Shown here: piece after piece, positions 12,470-24,202 of the stretch
How the letters are laid out: each line of letters starts with the position of its first letter
Numbering within the stretch: the first letter of the stretch is position 1
Source: Takakia lepidozioides
Taxonomy: Eukaryota > Plantae > Bryophyta
Assembly (NCBI GenBank): GCA_030704615.1
Contig: CM060733.1
Location: 66,960,001-67,024,000 of the forward strand
Length of the DNA stretch: 64,000 nucleotides
Reading direction: 5' to 3'
The notes under the pieces: generated by a model
What the model was told of the DNA's origin: nothing
Database searches by the model: none
What the model saw: the letters and a program-made list of their open reading frames with translations, nothing else
Position numbers and translations under genes: made by a program

Positions 12470-14470
12470 ACCCCCGAATGGAAATTCGGCACCCAATATC
12501 CAACAGAGGAAGCCCGGATGAAGTCGCTCGGGCGCAGAGGCCGGAGTGTGTGCGACAGAGAACATCCCCTGGATGGAGATTCGGCGCCGAATTTCCATCC
12601 GGGCCCCCCAAAGGGAGTCGTGTCGGGGGGTCAGGCCGAAAACTGGACGGCATAAAAACATCCCCAGATGGAAAAACGGCGCCGAATTTCCATCCGGGGC
12701 GGTTCGGATGCAGTCGGGGAGGGGGGAGTGGCCTGCAGTTGGCCGTCACATTTCAACCCCCGGACGGAAATTCGGCACCGAATATCGAACAGGGGACGCC
12801 CGGATGAAGTCGCCTCGGGCGCAGAGGCCGCGAGTGTGCGACAGAGAACATCCCATGGACGGAGATTCGGCGCCGAATTTCCATCCGGGCCCCCCCAAAG
12901 GAAGTCTTGTCGGGGGGTCAGACCGAAAACAGGCCGACATAAAAACTTCCACAGATGGGAAAACGGCGCCGAATTTCCATCCTGCATGTAAGTGGAATCC
13001 CGGATGGATGGAAATTCGGCGCCGAATTTCCATCCAGCAGGTAGGTGGAATCCCGGATGGATGGAGATTCGGCGCCGAATTTCCGTCCAGCAGGTAGGTG
13101 GAATCCCGGATGGATGGAGATTCGGCGCCGAATTTCCGTCCAGCAGGTAGTGGAATCTCGGATGGATGGAGATTCGGCGCCGAATTTCCATCCTGCAGGT
13201 AATTCGAATACCGGATGAATGGAAATTCGGCGCCGAATTTCCATCCAACAGGTAAGTCGGATGGGTGCCGTATGGATATTCGGCGCCGAATTTCCATTCG
13301 CCATGTATTTCTGAGCGTGGAATTACCTTCGTGCAGGTAATTCCCAGATGAGAATTACCTTTGTGCAGGTAATTTCCAGATGAGAATTACCTTCCTGCAG
13401 GTAATTCCAATCGATGTGAATTCTTCGTCCACAATTACCTGCACGAAGGTAATTCTCATCTGGAAATTACCTGCACAAAGGTAATTCTCATCTGGGAATT
13501 ACCTGCACGAAGGTAATTCCACGCTCAGAAATACATGGCGAATGGAAATTCGGCGCCGAATATCCATTTGGCACCGATTCGAATTACCTTCAGGATGGAA
13601 ATTCGGCCCCGAATTTCCATTTATGCGGGATTCGACTTACCTGCTGGATGGAAATTCGTCGCCGAATTTCCATTCATCCGGTATTGAATTACCTGCAGGA
13701 TGGAAATTCGGCGCCGAATTTCCATTTATGCGGGATTCGACTTACCTGCTGGATGGAAATTCGGCGCCGAATTTCCATTTATGCGGGATTCGACTTACCT
13801 GCTGGATGGAAATTCGGCGCCGAATTTCCATTCATCCGGGATCCGACTTACCTGCTGGATGGAAATTCGGCGCCGAATTTCCATTCATCCGGGATCCGAA
13901 TTACCTGCAGGAGGGAAATTCGGCGCCGAATTACCTGCTTGAGGGAAATTTGGCGCACCGCCCTACCTGCGCGGATGGAAATTCGGCGCCGGATTTCCAT
14001 CCGCGCGCTTCCGAATTACCTGCATGAGGGAAATTTCCACCGCCGCCCTACCTGCGCGGATGGAAATTCGGCGCCGGATTTCCATCCGCGCGCTTCCGAA
14101 TTACCTGCATGAGGGAAATCTGGCGCACCGCCCTACCTGCGCGGATGGAAATTCGGCGCCTGGATTTCCATCCGCGCGCTTCCGAATTACCTGCATGAGG
14201 GAAATTTCCACCGCCGCCCTACCTGCGCGGATGGAAATTCGGCGCCGGATTTCCATCCGCGCGCTTCCGAATTACCTGCATGAGGGAAATTTCCAGCGCC
14301 GCCCTTCCTCCGCGGATGGAAATTCGGCGCCGGATATCCATCCTGCTGCGCTCCGAATTACCTGCAGGATGGAAATCCGGCGCCGGAATTCCATCGTGCA
14401 GCGCTCCGAATTACCTCTACGTTGGAAATTCCGGGACTGTTTACGTCGATTTTCATCCGACATGGAGGGC
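12470..14470. repeat. Array of the 22-bp palindrome GGAAATTCGGCGCCGAATTTCC between the divergent genes of element A
   Basis: Dozens of copies in 48-85 bp units, interleaved with AATTACCTGC motifs; produces spurious MEIRRRIS ORFs. Confidence 0.95.
13272..13567. repeat. Near-perfect inverted repeat (about 135-bp arms, 26-nt loop at 13407-13432)
   Basis: 13272-13406 is essentially the reverse complement of 13433-13567. Confidence 0.9.
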
Positions 14471-14644
14471 TTCATCCGACATTTAATTGCGCAGTTGGGC
14501 AATAAATGTCGACGGCCGTCGGTTATTATTTGGGCTGGCGACGCATGGCTTCCTGGACACGTACCCTAAATCTCATGCTAAACTTGGCTTAACATGGTAT
14601 TCCAGGCATGTACCCCAAAAAAGGAGATCTTTTGGCTGGGACTT

Positions 14645-17600
14645 ATGCCGCCTGAAGGGCGTGGCTCTCCTGAGAGAGACCTCACATCCAGACCGCGGCG
14701 GAAGTTGAAAGCTCTGTACTACGGACGACGGCCAATCTCTCGCATGGCCAAACTGAAGCTCCAGCAGGAGATTCCAGTGTCTTGCTCACAACCTGCGCCA
14801 ACTGAAGCCGAGTACTCTCAGGCAAGCCACTTCTGCTTTCGGTTTGTTCGATTTATTTTTTGCTTTCGCTTTGTTTTTGCATCTTCATCCTGGCTTTGCT
14901 GTATGAGTGAACTTTAGATAGTTGAGTGAACCTTAGATTGTTTGCAATGCGTGTGCAAATCCGGCAGCTCTGGAGAAGGCTGCTTGTGCATGTCATTCTT
15001 AGGCAATTGTTGCATTTGTTTTCATTGTTGTTGCATGGCTCTCCATACTTCCTAAACTTGTTATGTTTTCATTTTTGCTACATGATTGTTGCTATGGTGG
15101 TTGCGCTGCTCGTTGCGATGCTGCTTTTTGCACCGATGTTGGTTTTCACGATTTTTGTCAATGACAGAGTGACGACGAGCCCGGCACGCTGGTGGTATCA
15201 TCGACAGCTCCAACTCATCGCATGTTTGAATCGCCCAACTTGGGGCGAGAGGGCAAACTTAAACCTTTTGTTGGTGGACGGGAGGACTTGCAACGAGATT
15301 ACGACAGAGTAGGCATTGGGGAGGTTGGTGCAGGCGGCATGGCAGGTGAAGGGCGTGAGGACATGAGGACAGCAGATCCGGCAATGGAGGTTGTTCATGC
15401 ACATGCAGTAGGGCCCGCCCACGCAAAGAAAAAGAAGAAAGCTAAGCACATGCAATCCCCGGCGAGAGAGCAGTCACGGGCTGCGGAGGGGGGAGTGAGC
15501 AGTGCGCGCGAGGGTGTCAGTTCGCCTCAATCAAAGGTGGTCGTCCTGGAGGGCTCCCCTGCTGCTAGCCCTAGTAAGAAACAGAAAGCCCGTGAGAGGG
15601 CAAAAGAGAGGGCAAAAGAACAGACGAGACAGAATGCTAGCCAGGAGGAAAGACAAAAGGCAGCTGAAGAGGCCAGGGGTGCCCAAATGACAGATGCCAA
15701 TGTAAGCGAGGGACCCACAGAGACGGTGGATCCCTACAAGACACCACAGAGAGGCAGTAGCACACCGGTTAGACCATCGCGGGCAAGAGCAGCCCCCGCA
15801 ATTACCCATACGGTGGAGAGTGGAGGAGAGGAAAGAACACCTGAAAGAGCACGGATTGTGCAAGTTCGAGGTGAAGCCAGGGAGAGGGCAGTAGAGACGA
15901 CGAGAGTGCTGGAGGTGGTTTCGCAGGTGGCTGACCCTGTTGAGGAGGACGACATGGAGGTTTCTGACCAGGATGACATCCTCCCGGACATCCCCAGGCC
16001 CCAAACCCGGAGCATACAGGCTGGATTTGGCGGTCCTGGTGGGCTGCCGGAAAACCCCTCTGCAGCAGACGTCATGTCTGAGGCGGATATGAAGTTGGCC
16101 GCTGCCAAGATGTTGGAGGCAACCCACAGCAACATTGGCAGGGTGCTGGGGGGCATGGTGTACCCGGCCAAGCTTCGAATTCCCCTTTGCCGCTTGGTGT
16201 CATTGCAGGTGGTGAGACCTGCCCTCCCAGGCGATATCGACAAGCTGAAATTCTCTTTCCGGGATGGATATCGAATGGGGTCTGCCGCCTTTTACGTTTC
16301 CATTGAGAACGACCACGGAGCTTCCCGTGCCCACACTTCCGATGAGGTGGACAAATGGGGTCCCCATTGGCAAACGCGAAATGAGGAGTTCGAGAGATCG
16401 ATTGCTAGTGATCCTCTTTTCCAGCACATGTCCGGTAAGATGTTCTACGTGTGGGACGGCAATCATCGCCTCCTGGCATGGATGGAGCACATTGCCCAAG
16501 CCCACCCCAACGATCTCGATTGGCATTTCGCCGTCGATTGTGTTGTGCTGAAGGTTGCGGGGCCCAAAGATCGCAGTCTTCTCAAAGCTGCAATGGCCGA
16601 CATCAACTCGTAAGCTACAACCCCTCTCGCTTTTGGACTTTGAATTTGGAAGTCATTTCATTGCGAATCCTCATATATGATGAAAATTCCCATTTCAGTA
16701 TTGTTTGATGGAAATGTGGCACTGCAGGGTGACTGAGAATGCCTTCATTGCCACCAACTTGTCCCATATGCTCTTCCGAGTGAAGGATGTCGGGAAGCAG
16801 GGGGTGCAAGAGTTTGCCAATTCCCTCAGTGCCGACCTCCTGCGCAAGTCGGAGGCAAAGGCAGACAGAACCTGGTATAGGCTGAGCGTCGACGCCATGG
16901 TGGACTACATATTTCGGGTAAAGCTCCTGACAGTTTTGTTGAGCTAATTTGTCTCTCCTCCCCCAATAGAAGAAATTGTGTTGAGCAGGATCTCTAATCT
17001 TATGTGCGCTTTTCGACAGACGAAAATACAGCAGGATTTGGCACATGCGCGGAGGTTCTACATGGAGTCAGAGGAGAAGAATCCAACCCTCCCGGAACTC
17101 GAATCGTATGTCAAAGCTGCGGAGGTGAGGGCCCGCATAAAGTACAAGTCGCGGATGGTAAAGTACGTGGCCATAGCTGATCCCGCCCTTGGTGCCGACT
17201 TTCTGGTGGAGGGGGGAAGCACTACTCTCGCGCTCTGAAGCCCACGATGACATTGGAGAAGCTCCATCGTCTAGCCACATCCTGTGTGGATGCAACAGAA
17301 AAGGTGATACATTCTTAACCAAATTGTGGTGGCAACAACTCCTTTTTGTGGTGTTTGGCGCTTACGAATATGCTGGGTGGTTGGACAGACCCGGTGGCTC
17401 CAAATCTGGAATGGTTCCCAAAGTACCAGGGACATGTGGAGCTTCCCCAAACCGGACAAACTCTCTGACCCCACATTCGACATGTGGATGAACCGCATGA
17501 CATGGTGGTTTCAGGTACTTCCCCACGCTTCGTTTGGGGCTTCTACTCTAGTAGGGGGTGGATTCATTGTATTTTTTGAGGAAAGCGATCTGATGGACAA

Positions 17601-20600
17601 TCTCCACAGGTGACGACGAATGCGCAAGAGCAGCTGGACACACAAGCACATCAGTTCAAGATGGAGATATCTCCTGCAGCAGAGAGCCTACGTGACTATG
17701 TGACGAGGTACTTTCTGCTCTACAAAACCAACCTATTCTTTCGGGAGATAGCAGATGCTCGCCGGAGCCACCCTGAGTTCACTGACCAGCCGAACGCGGA
17801 CAAAGCAGCAATGCGCCTTCTGTACAGGTACATACGCGCTGCCTTTCTTTCAAGTCCTGGCATTTCAGGATGTTAGAGGCCTAAGTGGTGTTAGGGAAAA
17901 TGGCGCCGAATTTCCAGTCAGGGCTCCGAAAATGGCAAAGTCCCTAGACTTGCTGGCCCGGAACTGGAAATTCGGCGCCATTTTCCAGTTCCAGGCCCTA
18001 TTGCCGTTCAGGGACTTAGCCATTTTCGGCCTAAGTCCCTAGTGTGGCTGGCCCGGAACTGGAAATTCGGTGCCGTTTTCCAGTTCTAGGCCCTATTGCC
18101 GTCCAGGGACTTAGCCATTTTCGGGCTAAGTCCCTAGGGTGGCTGGCCCGGAACTGGAAATTCGGCGCCGTTTTCCAGTTCTAGGCCCTATTGCCGTCCA
18201 GGGACTTAGCCATTTTCGGGCTAAGTCCCTAGGGTGGCTGGCCCGGAACTGGAAATTCGGCGCCGTTTTCCAGTTCTAGGCCCTATTGCCGTCCAGGGAC
18301 TTAGCCATTTTCGGGCTAAGTCCCTAGGGTGGCTGGCCCGGAACTGGAAATTCGGCGCCGTTTTCCAGTTCTAGGCCCTATTGCCGTCCAGGGACTTAGC
18401 CATTTTCGGGCTAAGTCCCTAGGGTGGCTGGCCCGGAACTGGAAATTCGGCGCCGTTTTCCAGTTCTAGGCCCTATTGCCGTCCAGGGACTTAGCCATTT
18501 TCGGGCTAAGTCCCTAGGGTGGCTGGCCCGGAACTGGAAATTCGGCGCCGTTTTCCAGTTCTAGGCCCTATTGCCGTCCAGGGACTTAGCCATTTTCGGG
18601 CTAAGTCCCTAGGGTGGCTGGCCCGGAACTGGAAATTCGGCGCCGTTTTCCAGTTCTAGGCCCTATTGCCGTCCAGGGACTTAGCCATTTTCGGGCTAAG
18701 TCCCTAGGGTGGCTGGCCCGGAACTGGAAATTCGGCGCCGTTTTCCAGTTCTAGGCCCTATTGCCGTCCAGGGACTTAGCCATTTTCGGGCTAAGTCCCT
18801 AGGGTGGCTGGCCCGGAACTGGAAATTCGGCGCCGTTTTCCAGTTCTAGGCCCTATTGCCGTCCAGGGACTTAGCCATTTTCGGGCTAAGTCCCTAGGGT
18901 GGCTGGCCCTGAAGTGGAAATTCGGCGCCATATTCCAGTTCCAGGCCCTATTGCCGTCCAGGGACTTAGCCATTTTTCGGACCTCATTGTGTTTTTCATG
19001 AATGCAGGTACTGTAAGTTCTCGCTTTTGGAGAAAGGTCATCTGTCTTTCGAGCCACCATTCTTCATGGCATGGAGGAACCCTGGGGCTGACTCCATGTA
19101 CACTGACGATATTGTGAAGGAGTGGCATCTGGAACATTTGCGTGATTGCCCTTGGTATGTGGACCTTCCGCCCGGCTCGCTCGACCCATCCGAGTTTCAA
19201 TTGAAGCTGGATGCTGAATTCCGACGAAACCGGGCTCCGCTGCCTCCGTTGGGTGCAAAAGAGGCAAAAGCGCTTGCGAACTCCAGGAAAGCGGCAGAGC
19301 TTGCTCAGGCAGGAATTCAGGAGAAATTGCATGAGAAGAGTAAAGGTCAAAGGAAAAGGACAAGGAAACAGGTGACTGCAGTAACACCCAAAAAGAAGAA
19401 AACCATCGGGGCATCGGAGGAGGCGCAGGAGGGGACCCAAGAGAGTGACTCCGACGCCGATTTTGTTCAAGGTCCTGCGACTGCTGTTGCTCCTACCCAG
19501 TCACCGGTCGTCCGGGTTCCCAAGTCAGTTCGGAGTGGGACTGGCTCTGCCAAGAAGTTGGCATTTGAGGGCGAGCCTACACGGCGGTATTCAGCGGTGA
19601 CGTTTACGCACAGGCCAAAGCTAGAACCTCCAACCATCATCCAATGCGTCAATGAGAGCTTCCTTGACGCTCTCGCTGCCAGGGCGAAGAAGGTGGCACA
19701 CAACAAGTCTCTGGCGGAGCAGAAGGGGAAAGCCAAGAAGAGGGCTGCCGGTACAGAGCCTAAAGACACCCCTGGTTTTGAAGCCATGATGGAATTCTTC
19801 ACGGCTGTGAGCACGAATTGCAAGAGCACTCGGGGGGGGGTTGAGGTGGAGAGAGCTTGCGACATGATTCTCCTCGACATTCCAGATGGGGAGCTGCTGG
19901 AGGGCCTGGATGGTGTGCCCACCTGGAACAGGTTTACTGAGGACTACTGGAAAGCCGGGTTTGGGCTGGCGGGGATGCTTCTGGATGACGGTGGATGTGT
20001 GGTTGTCCTTGCCACGAGAGGGAAGACCACAGAGAATGCGGTGGCAAGGTGGACACCGAAAAGTGTCACCCCGGTCCTCCTCAGAAAATGGTTCTGCATC
20101 AGTACGCAGGGGTTGCGAACAGAGGGCCAAAGTGTAAGTTATCAATCTATTGCATTCACTTCATATTGTGGTGTATGTTAAGTAGACCCTGGAATTGATC
20201 CCTTCTTTGTTGGATGTGCAGACATTGGTGTTTGAGGCATATTGCTTTGTGAAGAGAGGGTCTACGTTCAAATTCCGCAACGACGGTCGTCTTGTTGATG
20301 CCGCTGTGGACCCTGTAACCTACGATGTCCTCTACAACTATGTGCCCCACTCTAGTATGCCGAAGGACACAAAGACAAGCAAACCGTGGCGGTACAGCCG
20401 GACCCGGAGCCCTGCTTTCATCCAAACCCTCATGGAGACGTGCTCGGATGTCCAAGGGCGGATTCTGGACCTCACATGCGGCACGGGTAAGCCTTCACGT
20501 GCTCAGTTTGTCCCCTGGCCCCATTGCAATTGCATGCCGCAAGCTATTAACCGCCCGCTTTGTTCCTCAGGTGCTTCAATGTGGGCAGAAAGAGGAAGAG

Positions 20601-21272
20601 GCATCCTCGGAGGATGAGGAAAAATCCGAGAAGGAGCAGGGGGAGGAAGTTGGGATCGAGGCCGAGGAGCCCCCGGTTTACGAGTGAGTGGTGGCATTGT
20701 AAGTTGCCTCCAGATTTTGTGAGGCACCTCCCTCCGCTCTCTTATTTCATTGAAAACCCTTTCTGGTTGTGCTGGTATTGACATTCTTCAAGTGGATTTG
20801 TTCTTACTGTAGGATGCCAAGTACTGCCGGAGGGACGTCTACACCGGAGTTCATGGGCAGGAGGAACGTGCCTTTTTTTGCCAGGGGGGATTTCATGCCT
20901 AGTCCAGAAAGGGAGTACATCCTTCCTACTTATGCTGCCCGGCTTGCTTCGGTGTCCATTAGGAGGTGTTCCGAACGTAGTCGTGTACAGCAGATTTTAG
21001 ACGAGGCAAGCCTCAAGAAAATGAAGATGAGGGAGGAGGCAGCAGCTATTAGAGCCCGTCGGGCTCGTAGATTTGTGTTGGATTCTGCTGAGAAAAGTGG
21101 GGGAGAAGACGCAGAAGATTCCCAGGAGGTGAGGTGGACAGTCCCCCAAGGAGAGGACGGGATTTTTGAGAGGCATAGTGGAACTGATGCATCACAGAGC
21201 TCGGAGGATGAGGGGGATGAGGGGGATGAGGAAGAAGGTGGGGCAAGTTCCTCGGAGGGTGTAGGAGAGTAG
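14645..21272 (+). CDS. Accessory gene A: ParB/Srx-like domain, helical region and beta-class N6/N4 methyltransferase-like domain; about 10 exons, with lesions
   Basis: LRIPLCRL..VRPALPGDIDKLKFSFRDGY...VWDGNHRLLAW (DGNHR at 16455-16469); DMILLDIPDG (DIPD at 19876-19887); LLDDGGCVVVL; SPAFIQTLMETCSDVQGRILDLTCGTG; GT-AG introns e.g. 16610-16727, 17828-19007, 20487-20570; frameshift near 17210 and a deletion after 20585; 5' exon tentative. Confidence 0.78.
17935..18980. repeat. 95-bp tandem repeat (about 11 copies) inside intron 17828-19007
   Basis: CTAAGTCCCT recurs every 95 bp (18031, 18126 ... 18886); each unit has GAACTGGAAATTCGGCGCCGTTTTCCAGTTC and an AGGGACTTAGCC/GGCTAAGTCCCT hairpin. Confidence 0.97.
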
Positions 21273-21493
21273 TGCCCATTCCGGCTATGACAGTTAGAAC
21301 ACACTTGTATAGACGTGGCTTGCCACAAAATTTGCAATAAAATGTTGCATTTCAAGTCCACTGGTGCCACATTCCAACTTCACATGACCCTATTTCCGTG
21401 CCTCCTAACCCTATTTCCGTGGACTCACAATGGTCTGCTCATGCTTTTTTTTTTTCCGCTCATGCTCATGCCGCTCATGAAATAGCAGCCCCC

Positions 21494-21964
21494 CGATGGA
21501 AGGACCATACAGTCTTCATCGTCACTGGATAAGTCGTGGACGACTGTTTCCCTGTTTTCCTGGATTTCCCTTTTCACATGTTTGGGCTTCTCTGCTTGTG
21601 AAGAGGTGCCCACATCCTTCACATCTTGCACGCCAGACCCTCTTGTGGAAGGAGGATCAACCAAGTTCCAGCGTGGGAACTCTTTAGGCACGATTTCACC
21701 AATGGCACTGTACCGGATGAATTCAGAAGCTGGGAGCCGCCACTCTTTGCCTTTTCCGAAATCTGCATGCAGAATGACGGCACTTTCCAGAAAATTTCCA
21801 TAAGCATCCTTCGTCTCCTCTTCCAAAAACACCGTTCCAGGGCGGAGCCCGAACTTCATACACAAGTACTGCTCACTGACAATCGCAAATCCTTGGTCGC
21901 AGGATATTTTAGCTTTCAGAGAATCAGGATGGAAGTACACGTTCACCCAAACACGGGAGTCCAT
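21494..21964 (-). pseudogene. N-terminal part of MULE transposase B
   Basis: YLCMKFGLRPGTVFLEEE..VILHADFGKGKEWRLP matches A (YLCVRYHLKPGSVFLEEE..VVLHDDFGDGREWRVP); cut at the A terminus. Confidence 0.82.
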
Positions 21965-22194
21965 TTTGAAGACGGGACCTCTCGGTACGCTCCGCAGCGA
22001 AGTCCTGCAATGAGAAGAGTGTGTCCTACCTAATAACACAAATGATTTTCTGGAGGATTCCGTATCCAACAGGATGGGTGATCAGTGCACGTAAAGATGA
22101 AGGTGTGTAACGTACGTTAGAACAGCAAGTTCACATCGGATATTTGGTGCCTGAATTGTAATGTACAACCACTTGGGGTACAATAAATCAGGCC

Positions 22195-23800
22195 TTCCCA
22201 TGAATTTCGGCACCGAAATCTGGATGAACATCTCTGTCATGTAACAGCTTTGAAAGCCAGGGGATGAATTCTGGCAACAGAAATCGTAATTTGTTTACCT
22301 CATTAAACTGACCAAGCACCCAACGGATGGATTTCGGTGCCGAAATTCGGATGAACTTCTTCTTCATTAAATTGTATCTGCACATATGGGTTGAATTTAG
22401 ATGCCAAAATACGAATGAATGTGTTCCTGATTACAGTCTTGATTCACCACGTGTCCGGATATCGGTGCCGACTTCCGAATGACAGTAATCCTGAATCGGC
22501 AGAATGGATGTATTTCGGCGCCGAAATTCATTCTTCATCTCCTTTTCCGACCCTAATTCTGCTGCCCTGCGGATGGATTTCGGTGCTAGAATTCATCGGA
22601 AGTCCTTTCTGTTTTTATTTTTCTTTGCGACAGATGAACTTTGGCGCCGAATCTCATCCAAGTACTCCCTTTTAATTTTCCTTTTTCTTCGCGAGCAATG
22701 AATTTCGGCGCCGAAATTCAACCGAAATCCTCCCGATTTTTATTTTTTCTTCGCGAGCATTGAATTTCGGCGCCGAAATTCATTCCAAGTCCTCCCGAAA
22801 TTTTTTTTTTTCCTTCGCGAGCAATGAATTTCGGCGCCGAAATTCATCCGAAGTCCTCCCGAATTTTTTTATTTTCCTTCGCGAGCAATGAATTTCGGCG
22901 CCGAAATTCATCCGAAGTCCTCCCGAATTTTTTTTTTTCTTCGCAAGCAATGAATTTCGGCGCCGAAATTCAGCCGACTTCATCCATCCAAATTCTTTTC
23001 AGGGTTTGAGCGCCGGATTTCGGCGCCGAAATTCATCCAATGCCCTCCCTCCAATATTTATTTTTCTTTGAAATGGATCAATTTCGGCGCCGAAATTCAT
23101 CCTTACTGTCCGCAATGAGTAACTCTAATATTACATTTTCTATGCGACGGATCAATTTCGGCGCCGAAATTCGTCCAAACCCGGCACTTACTTTTTGCTT
23201 TTGGATGATAATTTTCCATAAATCGTTGGAAATACCCCGTTCCGACGAATATAACAGGAATATTCTGCATTTAATGGAGAAATCGGCATATTAAACCACT
23301 TCTGTCAAAATTAATTGCATTTTAGCCGTTTTTTTTTCATTTGAAACCGACAGTATCCATTAAGTGGTCTTTTTCGCACGGGACGTTGCCGCACATAAAG
23401 TATAATTTTGGCGCCGAAATTATAGCTAAATGTCCACAAATGGCAAGTCCAACAGGCATGGACAACATCCGTCAGGGGCAATGATGGCGGCAAAGCGTAG
23501 CATGGTGCCAATTTAGTCTTCGCTCTGGATGAATTTCGGCGCCGAAATAATGATGATTTCACCTCGTCTACGCGCGGACGGAGATATTCGTAATGAATTT
23601 CGGCGCCGAAATATGGATGAAATGTGCCCAAGTGCAACCGTTTTCACTGTCCCGGAATTAATTCCGGCTCCGATATCCCACTGACAGGTTTGCTCATGAC
23701 GGATGAGTACTTCGGAAGCGATGAATTGCGGCGCCGAAATTCGTAAGTTTGCGTATGAAAGCACTTGAATAGGATGAATTTCGGCGCCGAAATTCATCCG
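22195..23800. repeat. Array of the 24-bp palindrome ATGAATTTCGGCGCCGAAATTCAT (element B), including about 60-bp tandem units at 22690-22975
   Basis: Many exact and CpG-decayed copies; further copies in gene B introns and at 29615-29895. Confidence 0.93.
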
Positions 23801-24202
23801 TCCGCTGTTGAAACGTACCGACCTGACTGTTGACTGTCATAGGCAGGGGATTTTCTTGGCGGTTGGGTTTCATGATGTGCGGATATTTCATTCAATGCCG
23901 GCTGCTTTGGGAACAGCATCCAGTGTACGGAAGGTATTTCGGTGCCGCAATTCGGATAAACCGTCTTGTACTGGTGGCTGGAACTGGCATGCGTCGTGTT
24001 CCAGTCGACTTCATCCGTGCGAACATGTCAGGGGTCACAATCTCTTCATCACCCATACGGCAAAAAGTGTTGGACGGTGGCAACGCTTCGGGAGACGTGG
24101 CTGCTTACGCATCTGCTCGTGCATAGTGGTTGCATGTTCCACCGCTTCGCTCTCTCGCTCCTTGCCCTTCTGCAGTGACGTTCTCCTGCGTTTCCTCTCC
24201 TT

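Larger units (their letters stand above)
8662..21493. mobile_element. Large MULE-like element A (left end in the gap): transposase (-), palindrome arrays, ParB-MTase gene (+), terminus
   Basis: Divergent gene pair; terminus GCTCATGAAATAGCAGCCCCC at 21493 cuts the transposase ORF of element B. Confidence 0.8.

Noticed and set aside
12940-14400. CRISPR-like palindromic repeat-spacer appearance (also 22690-23170)
   Set aside because: The spacers are themselves repeated and related, there are no cas genes, and the context is eukaryotic.
12335-14569. Overlapping ORFs with MEIRRRIS / WKFGAEFP / DGNSAPNF repeats
   Set aside because: Translations of the palindrome array in all frames on both strands; not proteins.
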